Positions 48,355 to 58,696 are shown, counted from the first letter of the stretch. The stretch: DNA of 64,000 bases from Synechococcus sp. (GCA_047285535.1 JBJBDC010000001.1:1184136-1248135), one strand, 5' to 3'. Made by a program: numbers and translations. Notes: generated by a model not told the origin, from the sequence alone.

Positions 48355-49860
48355 ATGGTCCAACCCCGCTGGCAGGGCGTGAAACCCCGCACCATCCAAT
48401 TGTTCTGGAATCGTTGGGATCAGGTCTTAGCCCTGATTGCAGCGATCAATCTGATCTGGGTGATTTTTGATGTCACCTACATTCCCCTCCGCAATTTCTG
48501 GCTCCAAAGAACGCTTTATCCGCTTCCCTCCATCAACTTGGCCTTGCCTTTGCCTGGGCTGCCTGACATCACACCCCTTTATGACCCATTGAAGGGCATT
48601 GAAGCGCACCGGGATACAACGTCATACATCGAGCACTTCCGCAGACTCGAGACGACAGCATCAAAGCTAGGCATCAACAGTGAAGAAGCAAGACAATTGC
48701 GACTGGAGATGATCGTAAAAAATAGCCAATTAGTGGATGAGAATCCATTCACAAGCTCTGGAAATGTAGGTGCATTCGAAAAGCTAAAGAATCGTCTAAG
48801 GGCTAGAGCTGATATGGATTCAACCAAACAAGCGGCGGCTTATTTACTCAGCGACCGCTATTTGAAAAACCATGACTGGGATCAAGAACGAGAATTCTGG
48901 AACACAAAGATTCTTCCCCTAGCAGAAACCAACTACTGGCGCGGGATCGATGAAAACGGCATGCCAATCAATCTTTCCTGGAAGATCGATATCCCCTTCC
49001 AAATTGTTTTCCTTCTAGACATCCTGATTCGTGCGATTCGACTGAAACGCCGATTTCCCGCGATTGCCTGGAGCGATGCATTACTCAGACGCTGGATTGA
49101 CTTACCCCTCCTCATTCCATTTTGGCGACTTCTGCGAGTTGTTCCAGTGACAGAGCGTCTATCCCACGCCCAACTGCTGAACCTTGAACCCCTTAGAGCA
49201 GCCGTCAGTCGTGGTGTTGTAGCGGTGCTAGCGCTTGAATTATTTGAAGTCATCACCCTGCGTGTTCTGGATGCAATGCAAGGCGTGGTGTTATCTCCAA
49301 ATCTGCCGGAGAGGATCCTCCGGCTTTGCAGTCACCAATCAGTTGAAATCAACGAAGAGCGAGAACTTGCTGAGCTTGTGCGCTTATGGGTTCCTCTCAT
49401 CCTGACGCAAGTGGGCCCAGGCATGCGCCCACAATTGGTGGCGTTATTTAGCCACGCTCTGCAGAGAAATCTGGATGTGCTGATGTTGCCAGCTCAATTA
49501 CGAGAGCTACCTGGAATACAAAAAGCGGAATCTGAACTGAGTCGCCAGTTAGCCAAAGGGATGGTGGATTCGTTGTTGGGCCTCTCCAAAAGTGCTGGCG
49601 ATCAGATTGGCCTGAAAGATCCTTTACTCGAAGATCTGGGGATTCAAACCCTCGATCGATTCTGGGAAGAACTAGCTCGCACCCTGGAGCAAGGAATTGT
49701 TCTGGAACGCAGCCAAGAACTTTTGGTTGCTTTTCTCGAAGAATTTAAACGCACAAGTCTGCTTAAGCTTCACACCCAAGGAGGAGTGGAAGATCTCATC
49801 ACAGAGCTGGATGGACTGAATTTCAGTCCACAAGGAGAAAACTCCAGTCCTCAGACTTGA
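48355..49860 (+). CDS. Conserved hypothetical membrane protein
   Basis: 501-aa ORF with TM segments resembling an ion-channel S1-S4 region (IVFLLDILIR, FWRLLRVVPV). Confidence 0.7.
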   Translation: MVQPRWQGVKPRTIQLFWNRWDQVLALIAAINLIWVIFDVTYIPLRNFWLQRTLYPLPSINLALPLPGLPDITPLYDPLKGIEAHRDTTSYIEHFRRLETTASKLGINSEEARQLRLEMIVKNSQLVDENPFTSSGNVGAFEKLKNRLRARADMDSTKQAAAYLLSDRYLKNHDWDQEREFWNTKILPLAETNYWRGIDENGMPINLSWKIDIPFQIVFLLDILIRAIRLKRRFPAIAWSDALLRRWIDLPLLIPFWRLLRVVPVTERLSHAQLLNLEPLRAAVSRGVVAVLALELFEVITLRVLDAMQGVVLSPNLPERILRLCSHQSVEINEERELAELVRLWVPLILTQVGPGMRPQLVALFSHALQRNLDVLMLPAQLRELPGIQKAESELSRQLAKGMVDSLLGLSKSAGDQIGLKDPLLEDLGIQTLDRFWEELARTLEQGIVLERSQELLVAFLEEFKRTSLLKLHTQGGVEDLITELDGLNFSPQGENSSPQT

Positions 49861-50191
49861 ATCCAACCAAAAATTTGCCATTTTGTAATTCAACAAATGG
49901 GCGTTTTATTAAACGCCCATCAGAAGCCAAAGCATCTAGTGCCTCCTCATCACTCATCGACTTCACGAGCTGAGCACCAAGAGCGCGGTAGCTCTTACCA
50001 CTCGTATTGAAGAGAAGCTGTCGACGGGGCAACTGAGCCAAGGCACGTTTGAGAACATCAAGTGCTGGAGGGTTAACAGTGATGTCAACCAGCTCATACG
50101 TCAGATTATTGGCCTCCAACCATGCCAATGCCTGGCGACATGTAGAACAGCGGGAGTAGCTGTATACCTTGATGGTTGGAGCCAAATTCAA
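49823..50191 (-). CDS. ArsC/Spx/MgsR family protein
   Basis: CSTCRQA, FNTSGKSYR, LIKRPF. Confidence 0.9.
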   Translation of the reverse strand: MNLAPTIKVYSYSRCSTCRQALAWLEANNLTYELVDITVNPPALDVLKRALAQLPRRQLLFNTSGKSYRALGAQLVKSMSDEEALDALASDGRLIKRPFVELQNGKFLVGFKSEDWSFLLVD

Positions 50192-50547
50192 CGTCCAAAC
50201 AAGTTCTTAACAGCACCAAGCAGGCTGTTTGAGCCTTTCCCGACGCCGTCCTCAGGGCGAGTGCGAACAGTCACGTCTCCATTCACGCTGGTCCTGCAGC
50301 TCAGGCGATAGTTGGCTGGACGATCAGAAAGATAAACCTCTTCCACATCACTACGAGGGGAGAGATTCTGGGCACCTTCGAGGACCTCCATGACGCAGGT
50401 GCCGCACTGACCAACTCCCCCACAGTTGTTGAGATTGTTCAGGCCTTTATAGGGATTGATCCCAGAAGCCACGGCAGCTTTGCGTAAATTCGCTCCTTCG
50501 ATGCAACCGACCTTTTGGCCTTCCTGATCAAAACGGATGGTGGGCAC
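50188..50547 (-). CDS. 2Fe-2S ferredoxin-like protein
   Basis: NCGGVGQCGTC ... RLSC. Confidence 0.93.
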   Translation of the reverse strand: MPTIRFDQEGQKVGCIEGANLRKAAVASGINPYKGLNNLNNCGGVGQCGTCVMEVLEGAQNLSPRSDVEEVYLSDRPANYRLSCRTSVNGDVTVRTRPEDGVGKGSNSLLGAVKNLFGR

Positions 50548-50660
50548 GGGTCGTTCACAATCTTGGCGCGAACCAACTTACAAGAAGTATGGGCTTAGTC
50601 GCGTCTCTGTAGCAGATCTTGCCGAGAAAAGCTGAGGCGAAGGCCTAGGGATAGGGATCT

Positions 50661-51173
50661 TCAGCCACATGCAGCCCTAATGCATGCCTCCAATAGGGGA
50701 GGGACTGCATCAGCATCACGCCAACCGCCGATCGAGATGACTCGACCATCCATGCTTTTGTAGGTACGAAAAAATTCAGACACATCCTCCAGCTGATTTG
50801 GAGCTATTTGTTGGATGCTTTGAATTGCCGCTTGCCGTGGGTCGGCCACTGGGACACAAAGAACCTTGCCGTCGTAATGACCGGTGTCATCCATGTCAAG
50901 AACTCCTATCGGCCTGGCTTTGATCAAACAGCCTGCAAAAGTGGGCTCAGCCATGATCACCATGGCATCAAGCGGAGACCCATCCTCGGCGAGAGTATTG
51001 GGGACGAATCCGTAGTCAAAGGGATAGCGAATCGAGGGATGCAGCACACGATCAAGTGCCATGACTCCAACGTCTTCAGCAAACTCGTACTTGTTACAAC
51101 TTCCTGCTGGAATCTCAACGATCAGGTTGATTAGCCCTGGAGAGGGCGAGGGAGGCAGGGACCTCAGATCCAT
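50661..51173 (-). CDS. ppa: Inorganic pyrophosphatase
   Basis: EIPAGS.NKYE, LDRVL, YPFDYGFVPNTL.EDGSPLD, FFRTYK. Confidence 0.96.
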   Translation of the reverse strand: MDLRSLPPSPSPGLINLIVEIPAGSCNKYEFAEDVGVMALDRVLHPSIRYPFDYGFVPNTLAEDGSPLDAMVIMAEPTFAGCLIKARPIGVLDMDDTGHYDGKVLCVPVADPRQAAIQSIQQIAPNQLEDVSEFFRTYKSMDGRVISIGGWRDADAVPPLLEACIRAACG

Positions 51174-51351
51174 GGTGATCTTGGGCAGTAAGTGGTGTCA
51201 ATGAGCCGAGCATGGGGCGATCAGTCAACACAGCAATCAAGGGGACTCCCAGACTCGTGAAGGCAAGGATGAATCCCAAGACGGCAAGAGTCGGTGCAGC
51301 AACTGAAGAAGACGGTTGCGGTGAAAGTTCGCGGGCAGGCTCGGGGTCCAT
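51115..51351 (-). CDS. Small hypothetical membrane protein
   Basis: Single hydrophobic helix ending VPLIAVLTDRP. Overlaps the ppa start. Confidence 0.55.
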   Translation of the reverse strand: MDPEPARELSPQPSSSVAAPTLAVLGFILAFTSLGVPLIAVLTDRPMLGSLTPLTAQDHHGSEVPASLALSRANQPDR

Positions 51352-51473
51352 TCAGGCAGGAAATAGGGCATCCGGTTGGGTATGAAACCCGTGCTCTTTA
51401 TGCCGCATGACATGACAGCTCCGGATAAGGCTATTCAAGAAATTTAGAAGATAAATTCAAGACTATGAGAATT

Positions 51474-51938
51474 TTAGGCAGCTGGACGCTCATGTCTATC
51501 GCGACGTGCCGAAAGATCTGAAGGTGCTGAGGGCAGATCAGCAAGATGAATCCTGATCTGCCTCAACTCCTCGAGAATGGAGCTTAAAACTTGCTGAGTT
51601 GCTGTTGAAGGAGAATTAAGGACTTCAACTGTGACCTCTTTAATCCGAAGGACATCCTTTGCGAATCGGGCCACCTCGTTGGGATGAAAAAGGAGGGGAT
51701 CTTTTTGATCGCTACGATATTCAGGATTTAACTTTCTTGGGTTAAAGGGAGGATTGAGGTTTCTGGGGTCAGTATTGGTATATCGATAGACAGATGCTCT
51801 CGATCGATTCAAGGACTTTTGAACGTCATCAATCACAACCAAGGCGTCTGATTGAGACATCACCACGTCAACTTCTGTCCTAGGCGCTGAAGAATCTTCG
51901 GAAGAAGAATCGGGAACATTGATCGGCCGAGGAAACAT
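51474..51938 (-). CDS. Conserved cyanobacterial protein with excisionase/AlpA-like helix-turn-helix
   Basis: IDDVQKSLNRSRASVYRY HTH-like motif and a C-terminal coiled coil. Confidence 0.7.
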   Translation of the reverse strand: MFPRPINVPDSSSEDSSAPRTEVDVVMSQSDALVVIDDVQKSLNRSRASVYRYTNTDPRNLNPPFNPRKLNPEYRSDQKDPLLFHPNEVARFAKDVLRIKEVTVEVLNSPSTATQQVLSSILEELRQIRIHLADLPSAPSDLSARRDRHERPAA

Positions 51939-52084
51939 GAGACAGATTTAGGACTCGCTGGAATTGGCTGACAGTAGCAGCCAAAACTCAGGACGCCAGC
52001 TTCATTCCAGGCCTGCGGGACAGTTCATGAAGCGACTTTTTTTCTAGCGGTGGTAGCTTCCAGCTTCCTTCAACAATTACCGCC

Positions 52085-53881
52085 ATGCGCGTCTCCCGCC
52101 TCATGCTGGTGACGCTGCGGGATGTTCCCGCTGACGCCGAAATCGCATCGCAACAATTGCTGATTCGTGGCGGATATATCCGACGCGTTGGATCAGGAAT
52201 CTATGCCTATCTGCCACTGATGTGGAGAGTCCTTCAACGAGTGATGGGCATTGTCAGGGAAGAGATGAATCAACTGGGGGCTCTTGAAACGCTCTTACCA
52301 CAACTTCAACCTGCCGAATTGTGGGAAAAAAGTGGTCGTTGGCAGGGCTACACCGCAGGGGAGGGAATCATGTTTCATCTTGAGGATCGCCAAGAGAGAT
52401 CCCTTGGTCTTGGCCCCACTCATGAAGAGGTGATTACTGACTTGGCTGCTGATCTCCTGAAATCGTATCGACAGCTACCCATCACCCTCTATCAAATCCA
52501 AAGCAAATTTAGAGACGAAATTCGTCCTCGATTTGGGTTGATGCGTGGGCGTGAGTTCATCATGAAAGATGCCTATTCCTTTCACGAAGATGAAGAAGGT
52601 CTGAACTGCATGTATCGCGAAATGGATAAGGCTTACAGCCGTGTATTCCAACGTTGCGGACTTCAGGCAGTTGCAGTTGATGCCGATAGTGGCGCCATAG
52701 GCGGCGCTGCATCTCAGGAGTTCATGGTCACCGCAGATGCAGGGGAAGATCTGATTCTCATCAGCTCTGACGGGAGTTACTCAGCGAATCAAGAAAAAGC
52801 TATTTCAATCCCACCACCGGCTCTTCCTTTACCCATCGGGGAACCGAAGATCATTTCCACTCCCGGGCAAATCACCATCGATGAGCTCTGCTCTGCTCAG
52901 TCACTACATCCCACACAAGTTGTGAAGGTGTTACTTCTGCTTGCAAAGCTTGAGTCTGGCGAGGAGCAACCCGTACTGGCCTGCCTACGGGGAGATCAAG
53001 AACTCAACGAAGTGAAACTGATCAACGCCCTGACTGAACAACTGGAAAGCCCAGTTCTAGTCCTGAGCCCGATCACGGCCGATCAACTCAAGACTCAAGG
53101 ACTGCAACCATTGCCTTTTGGCTCGATCGGGCCTGACCTTTCAAATCTCCATCTCGATGGAGCACGCACGTGGCGGAACAAGTTCCACAAACTGGCTGAC
53201 ACGACAGCTGTGGCTCTGGAACGCTTTGTCTGCGGAGCAAACACAGACAACGAACACCGTTGGGGTTGCACCTGGTCCGTAGTCGGATCCATTCCAGGAC
53301 TAGATCTGCGCAAGGCCAAAGCTGGCGATCAATGTGTGCACAATCCAGAGCAGACCCTTCAAGAAAGACGCGGCATTGAAGTCGGACACATCTTTCAACT
53401 GGGCCGGAAGTACTCCCGATCCATGGGCGCTCACATCACCACGAAAGCAGGCGCCCAGGAACCACTCTGGATGGGTTGTTACGGCATCGGCATTTCTCGA
53501 CTCGCGCAAGCCGCTGTCGAGCAACATCACGATGAAGCGGGTATCAGTTGGCCGCTGAGTATTGCTCCATTTCAGGCGATCGTGGTTGTAGCCAACGTGA
53601 AAGACGAGATTCAGATGGCTCTCGGAGAAGAGCTTTACTCCGACCTTCGATCGGCAGGGATTGACGCCTTGATTGACGATCGCAAGGAGCGGGCTGGCGT
53701 GAAATTCAAAGATGCAGACCTGATTGGCATTCCCTGGAGAGTTGTGGTGGGTCGCGGTGCCGTTGAAGGCAAAGTTGAACTCGTTCAACGAACTGAACCC
53801 AACGCCAAGGTTTTAAGGAAAGAGGAAGCTCTCTCCTCTCTTCTCGAAGCGATTCCTGCGAAGCTTCGAGTCCAGCTCTGA
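52085..53881 (+). CDS. proS: Proline--tRNA ligase
   Basis: LGPTHEEVIT, KFRDEIRPRFGLMRGREFIMKDAYSF, GIEVGHIFQLG, MGCYGIG. Confidence 0.98.
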   Translation: MRVSRLMLVTLRDVPADAEIASQQLLIRGGYIRRVGSGIYAYLPLMWRVLQRVMGIVREEMNQLGALETLLPQLQPAELWEKSGRWQGYTAGEGIMFHLEDRQERSLGLGPTHEEVITDLAADLLKSYRQLPITLYQIQSKFRDEIRPRFGLMRGREFIMKDAYSFHEDEEGLNCMYREMDKAYSRVFQRCGLQAVAVDADSGAIGGAASQEFMVTADAGEDLILISSDGSYSANQEKAISIPPPALPLPIGEPKIISTPGQITIDELCSAQSLHPTQVVKVLLLLAKLESGEEQPVLACLRGDQELNEVKLINALTEQLESPVLVLSPITADQLKTQGLQPLPFGSIGPDLSNLHLDGARTWRNKFHKLADTTAVALERFVCGANTDNEHRWGCTWSVVGSIPGLDLRKAKAGDQCVHNPEQTLQERRGIEVGHIFQLGRKYSRSMGAHITTKAGAQEPLWMGCYGIGISRLAQAAVEQHHDEAGISWPLSIAPFQAIVVVANVKDEIQMALGEELYSDLRSAGIDALIDDRKERAGVKFKDADLIGIPWRVVVGRGAVEGKVELVQRTEPNAKVLRKEEALSSLLEAIPAKLRVQL

Positions 53882-53912
53882 CACGCCTAGAGTCCTAGAA
53901 ATTTGCGTCGTC

Positions 53913-54335
53913 ATGATCGCCCTACTGAAACGCCTGACCAGCCGTCTGATGAATGTAAGCCTGGCCCTCTGTCTTGGGCTTTCATTGCTCATCACGGCAT
54001 GCGGGAACGGATCTTCCTCACTCTCTGGGGACTACGTTCAAGACACAGTGGCTGTAGCCCACACCATCCACGACACACTTGCGCTTCCCCAGGATGCAAG
54101 CAATCGCCAAGAGGCCGAAGGAGAAGCTCGCTCTTTGATTACTGACTACGTCTCTCGCTACAGATCTCGTTCAAAGGTGAATGGACTGAGTTCGTTCACA
54201 ACCATGCAGACCGTACTCAACTCCTTAGCTGGTCACTACAACAACTACACAAACCGTCCCGTTCCAGACGCTCTTCGCGAACGAATCGATAAGGAATTAA
54301 GCAAGGCTGAGAAAGCAGCTGTGCGCGGTACTTAA
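53913..54335 (+). CDS. psb27: Photosystem II assembly lipoprotein Psb27
   Basis: Lipobox LITAC, LSGDYVQDT, SFTTMQTVLNSLAGHYNNY.NRP. Confidence 0.95.
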   Translation: MIALLKRLTSRLMNVSLALCLGLSLLITACGNGSSSLSGDYVQDTVAVAHTIHDTLALPQDASNRQEAEGEARSLITDYVSRYRSRSKVNGLSSFTTMQTVLNSLAGHYNNYTNRPVPDALRERIDKELSKAEKAAVRGT

Positions 54336-54425
54336 TCACAAAGTTGAACAGCACTTTGACCGCAGGCAGGTATGTCTGCGAAACTGCTGAATTGTGCAGA
54401 AATGCGGCTTCGGGCCGCCGATTCT

Positions 54426-55739
54426 TTGGCCAACGTTGTCGTCATCGGTGCTCAATGGGGTGACGAGGGGAAAGGAAAGATCACCGATCTCCTAAGTCGC
54501 TCCGCTGATGTCGTGGTGCGTTATCAAGGAGGTGTAAACGCCGGCCATACCATTGTTGTGGATGGGCGAGTGCTCAAACTTCACTTAATCCCTTCAGGAA
54601 TTCTTTACCCAGACACCATTTGCCTGATCGGCTCTGGGACCGTGGTTGATCCCAAAGTGATGCTGAAAGAGCTGGACATGCTGATCTCCAACGGGATCGA
54701 CATTTCAGGACTACAGCTCGCATCCACGGCACATGTGACGATGCCTTATCACCGCCTCTTAGATCAGGCGATGGAAAAACAACGCGGTAAACGCAGAATC
54801 GGCACCACAGGCCGAGGTATTGGCCCCACCTATGCCGATAAGTCTCAGAGGAGTGGAATCCGTGTTCTTGACCTCCTTGACGAGCATCGGCTGCGAGATC
54901 GACTTGAAGGCCCTCTGAAAGAGAAGAATCAACTTCTCGAGGTCATCTATGGCGAAAGGCCTCTCAATGCAGAAGAGATCATCAGTGAGTACCTGTCTTA
55001 CGGTCAGCGCCTTGCCCCTCATGTCGTGGATTGCACGCGCGCTATCCACGAAGCAGCGAGCGATCGCAAAAACATTTTATTTGAAGGAGCTCAAGGGACC
55101 CTTCTAGACCTTGATCACGGTACTTACCCCTATGTGACCTCCTCCAACCCTGTTTCAGGAGGTGCCTGCATCGGCGCGGGTGTGGGACCAACACTGATCG
55201 ACCGAGTGATTGGAGTCGCCAAGGCCTACACCACTCGCGTTGGTGAAGGCCCCTTCCCAACAGAGTTATCTGGCAGCTTGAACGACCAGCTCTGTGATCG
55301 AGGAGGAGAATTTGGAACAACCACTGGCCGTCGTCGTCGCTGTGGCTGGTTCGATGGCGTAATTGGGCGCTATGCCGTTCAAGTCAACGGACTTGATTGT
55401 CTTGCGATCACCAAACTTGATGTCCTTGACGAACTTGATGAAATTCAAGTTTCGGTCGCGTACGAACTCAATGGCGAACGCATCGACTATTTCCCAAGCA
55501 GCTCGGAAGACTTCGCACGATGCAAACCAATCTTCGAAACACTTCCAGGCTGGCAATGCTCCACAGCTGAGTGCCGTCGACTTGAGGACCTACCTGCTCC
55601 TGCAATGGACTACCTGCGTTTTCTCGCCGATCTAATGGATGTGCCGATTGCCATTGTTTCCCTTGGTGCCAGCCGCGATCAAACGATTGTTGTTGAAGAT
55701 CCGATCCATGGCCCAAAGAGAGCGCTGCTCAGTGCCTAA
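54426..55739 (+). CDS. purA: Adenylosuccinate synthetase
   Basis: [48 protein letters not shown] start at 54426. Confidence 0.98.
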   Translation: MANVVVIGAQWGDEGKGKITDLLSRSADVVVRYQGGVNAGHTIVVDGRVLKLHLIPSGILYPDTICLIGSGTVVDPKVMLKELDMLISNGIDISGLQLASTAHVTMPYHRLLDQAMEKQRGKRRIGTTGRGIGPTYADKSQRSGIRVLDLLDEHRLRDRLEGPLKEKNQLLEVIYGERPLNAEEIISEYLSYGQRLAPHVVDCTRAIHEAASDRKNILFEGAQGTLLDLDHGTYPYVTSSNPVSGGACIGAGVGPTLIDRVIGVAKAYTTRVGEGPFPTELSGSLNDQLCDRGGEFGTTTGRRRRCGWFDGVIGRYAVQVNGLDCLAITKLDVLDELDEIQVSVAYELNGERIDYFPSSSEDFARCKPIFETLPGWQCSTAECRRLEDLPAPAMDYLRFLADLMDVPIAIVSLGASRDQTIVVEDPIHGPKRALLSA

Positions 55740-55758
55740 GCAACGCTCTCTTTGGGCC
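55710..55758 (+). repeat. Inverted repeat / strong hairpin enclosing the purA stop codon
   Basis: GGCCCAAAGAGAGCG (55710-55724) is the exact reverse complement of CGCTCTCTTTGGGCC (55744-55758). The stem extends by TGCT/AGCA after one mismatch. Confidence 0.85.
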
Positions 55759-55855
55759 GCTTGAGCCGGTTGGAATCAGCAGCCGTTGATTCAACAACCC
55801 ACCGAGCAGCGCACCAGCCAACAGCCATACTTTCGCTGTACTCACAACAGCAGAG

Positions 55856-56869
55856 ATGACCTCCACGCCCCGATTCAGCAACGACAGCTCTCTTGACGTC
55901 GTGGGCATCGGAAACGCCATCGTCGATGTGTTGGTTCAAACAGAAGACAAGTTCCTGATCGATCACAACCTCAGCAAGGGCAGCATGGCCCTCGTTGATG
56001 AAGACCAGGCCGATATCCTTTACAAAGCCAGCGGACCTGGACTTGAAACCTCTGGGGGTTCCGCAGCCAACACTCTGGCCGGGCTGGCGCAACTCGGTAG
56101 TAAGGCCGGTTTTATTGGTCGAGTACGTGATGACCAACTCGGCACAATCTTCAGCCACGACATTCGATCTGTCGGAACCCGTTTCGAGACGCCAGCCGCG
56201 ATCAGTGGCCCCAGCACCGCCCGTTGCCTGATTCTCGTCACATCGGATGCCGAACGCACCATGTGCACCTACCTCGGTGCCTCAACCCAACTGGATCCAA
56301 ATGATCTCGACCTCTCAATGGTTCGCGACACCAAGATTCTCTATCTCGAGGGTTACCTCTGGGATAGTCCTGCGGCAAAACGTGCCTTCATCACAGCCGC
56401 CGAGGCATGCCGCGAAAGCGGTGGGCAAGTCGCCCTCTCTCTCTCCGATGGCTTCTGCGTGGACCGTCACCGTGAAAGCTTTCTAGAACTTGTCGATGGG
56501 CATGTAGACGTGCTCTTCGCCAATGAAGATGAAATCAAATCGTTATATGGAGCAGCAAATTTCGACAGCGCCCTCGATCAAGTGAAAGGTCGCTGCAACG
56601 TAGCCGTCCTCACCCGTAGCGAACGTGGCTCTGTCGTGCTCTGCGGTGATCAGCGATGGGAGATCCCCTCTTACAAGCTTGGAGATCTAGTTGACACCAC
56701 TGGAGCAGGCGATCTCTACGCAGGTGGCTTTCTACATGGCTACACCCAAGACCTGCCCTTGGAGATCTGCGGAAGAATTGGTTCAATCTGTGCCGGACAA
56801 GTTGTGACGCAATTGGGGCCTCGTTCACAGGTCTCTTTACCTGATCTAATTGCCAAGCATCTTGATTGA
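55856..56869 (+). CDS. PfkB family carbohydrate/adenosine kinase
   Basis: GIGNAIVD, GGSAANT, LFANEDE, VDTTGAGDLYAGGFL. Confidence 0.94.
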   Translation: MTSTPRFSNDSSLDVVGIGNAIVDVLVQTEDKFLIDHNLSKGSMALVDEDQADILYKASGPGLETSGGSAANTLAGLAQLGSKAGFIGRVRDDQLGTIFSHDIRSVGTRFETPAAISGPSTARCLILVTSDAERTMCTYLGASTQLDPNDLDLSMVRDTKILYLEGYLWDSPAAKRAFITAAEACRESGGQVALSLSDGFCVDRHRESFLELVDGHVDVLFANEDEIKSLYGAANFDSALDQVKGRCNVAVLTRSERGSVVLCGDQRWEIPSYKLGDLVDTTGAGDLYAGGFLHGYTQDLPLEICGRIGSICAGQVVTQLGPRSQVSLPDLIAKHLD

Positions 56870-56879
56870 CCGAAGGATT

Positions 56880-57170
56880 GGCCTAAATCCATGAGTCGCA
56901 AACACGATTCAGGCCAGCCCAAAAAGGAGGTTGGAATCGTCCTGGAGACAGGGAACCTCCATGGCCCCGAGCCCTGCTGTCAATCCAGAACGCATCACCT
57001 TAATGAGCAGTCGCATGAACCACATTGAATTGTTCAAGGATGTCCTTCCTCATAGAAAACGATGTTTTCATTTCCTACTGTCTAACGACTTCCGTCTGTT
57101 TCGGATTGGTCGGCTGCCTAGCAAGCCAATGAACTCTGTTAATCCGCTTCATTGGGCAGAACCAATCCAA
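56880..57170 (-). pseudogene. cutA: Decayed cutA (divalent-cation tolerance protein) remnant
   Basis: Minus strand reads LVLPNEAD*QSS (57165-57130) and, after frameshifts, LLIK (57010-56999). These resemble recalled CutA motifs VLTTEAD and EVQLLIKT. The ~300 bp gap lies directly downstream of cobK. Confidence 0.6.
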
Positions 57171-57175
57171 AAGTA

Positions 57176-57970
57176 TCAGGGGGCTGTGCCATTCAGATGC
57201 GTTAAAAGCTGATTCACGGTATGGACCTCAGGGACATGCGCAAGGACTGCCGGTCGACGCAACAGCCAAAGCCCAAGATCCAATTCCTTAGCGAGGCTCG
57301 CCCATAGGGTCTCGGTGGGACCTCCTGACTGGCGACAGACCACATCAGTGATATGCCAACGCCTGCAAACAGCAGCTTCAATGGAACCTGGAGGGTGGCC
57401 CTGGAGTGGTCGAAGCACAGCCACATGATCAGGTTGAACGCCGGCTGCACTGGCCTGAATCAGAGACATCGGCGAGGGAAGGACTCTTGCAAATACTGAA
57501 GCCCCCGTGGCACGTACGGTTCGAGCCACCTCCACTAACTGGCGGGCGCCGAGGGCGAGAAGAAGTCGTCGTCCAGAGAGAGGCTGCTCAATCAGTTCAT
57601 GAATCGAGGAGAGCACAACAGCCTTGCCCAAGTCCTCCATGCGCCGTTCAAAACGCACCAATCGCTGCCCTAAAGCCTGGCAAGCCTGGTTCAGCTGATC
57701 ACTAATTCTCACGGCAAATGGATGGGTCGCATCCACAACCCAGTCCACAGGTCTGCTCTGCAGCCATTGCACGATGCCTGGTGCACCAGCCAGAGCACCC
57801 ACATGGATTTGGACCAAATGCATCCTCCGATACGGCTGCGCAGCAGCATCAGATACAACGCTGACATGTACGTGCCATCCCTCTTCAATGAGAACGGCAG
57901 CCAATTGCGGGCCCTCACCCGTCCCTGCCAGCAACCAAACAGTCCGCTGGCGATTCTCCTGTCGGTGCAT
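57176..57970 (-). CDS. cobK: Precorrin-6A/cobalt-precorrin-6A reductase
   Basis: LLAGTGEG, VVDATHPFA..IS, RFER, ARVLP, RQSGG. Confidence 0.93.
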   Translation of the reverse strand: MHRQENRQRTVWLLAGTGEGPQLAAVLIEEGWHVHVSVVSDAAAQPYRRMHLVQIHVGALAGAPGIVQWLQSRPVDWVVDATHPFAVRISDQLNQACQALGQRLVRFERRMEDLGKAVVLSSIHELIEQPLSGRRLLLALGARQLVEVARTVRATGASVFARVLPSPMSLIQASAAGVQPDHVAVLRPLQGHPPGSIEAAVCRRWHITDVVCRQSGGPTETLWASLAKELDLGLWLLRRPAVLAHVPEVHTVNQLLTHLNGTAP

Positions 57971-57999
57971 CAGGATGGCGCTCTCTATCACAGCTGAGA

Positions 58000-58467
58000 A
58001 TGAACCACTGCGTGCTCGAGGTAGATGTCCTTCAAGCTCCCACCCTGCGTTACACCCAAGACAATCAAACTCCCATTGCGGAGATGGACGTCTCCTTCGA
58101 TGCCCTCCGACCCGATGACCCCAAAGGAGTGTTGAAGGTGGTGGGATGGGGCAACCTCGCGCAAGACCTCCAAAATCGGGTCCAAGTTGGCCAACGTCTT
58201 CTGATTGAAGGGCGCCTCCGGATGAACACGGTGCCTCGCCAAGACGGAACCAAGGAGAAAAGAGCTGAGTTCACCCTCTCCCGTCTTCATCCAGTTGGCC
58301 CTGAAGTATCAGGCCAAGGGCAGCCCTCTGCAGCTCCGAGCAGGGCAGCAGCTAGATCTGCCCAGTCCCCTGCTGGAGAAACCAAAACCACTGCAGGGGA
58401 AAAGAATTCCGCTGCACAATGGAACACGTCTCCACTCGTGCCAGAAACCGACGACATCCCTTTTTAG
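58000..58467 (+). CDS. ssb: Single-stranded DNA-binding protein family
   Basis: PTLRYTQD, VVGWGNLA, IEGRLRM, acidic tail DDIPF. Confidence 0.9.
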   Translation: MNHCVLEVDVLQAPTLRYTQDNQTPIAEMDVSFDALRPDDPKGVLKVVGWGNLAQDLQNRVQVGQRLLIEGRLRMNTVPRQDGTKEKRAEFTLSRLHPVGPEVSGQGQPSAAPSRAAARSAQSPAGETKTTAGEKNSAAQWNTSPLVPETDDIPF

Positions 58468-58489
58468 ATTGCGCCTCAAGCCAAACAAT

Positions 58490-58696
58490 TTAGTGACGCT
58501 TATCAGGAATGCTTTCTGAAGCACGTAACAGCAACTGTCCAAGCTCTCGTTCCAAGGCCGCCAAGTCAAGTCTTAAATCGGACCAGCGGCCTCGATCAAT
58601 TTGTTCGAGCAACCAAGCGCGATCCTTCTCCAGCTGAGCAATCAGCTCCCGAGCGCCTATGGACTGCTCGACTGACTGCTTGTTCGAGGTTTTCAT
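58490..58696 (-). CDS. Small conserved hypothetical protein
   Basis: 68-aa helical ORF (WLLEQIDRGRWSDLRLDLAALERELGQLL) that fills the gap. Confidence 0.7.
   Translation of the reverse strand: MKTSNKQSVEQSIGARELIAQLEKDRAWLLEQIDRGRWSDLRLDLAALERELGQLLLRASESIPDKRH

Noticed and set aside
55736..56158. 140-aa antisense ORF, and the many other nested or antisense ORFs in the track (e.g. 10025-10618, 38482-39051, 62296-62958)
   Set aside because: They overlap well-supported genes and carry no family motifs, as expected for shadow ORFs.
56931..57212. 93-aa plus-strand ORF
   Set aside because: No motif, and better explained as the antisense shadow of the decayed cutA.
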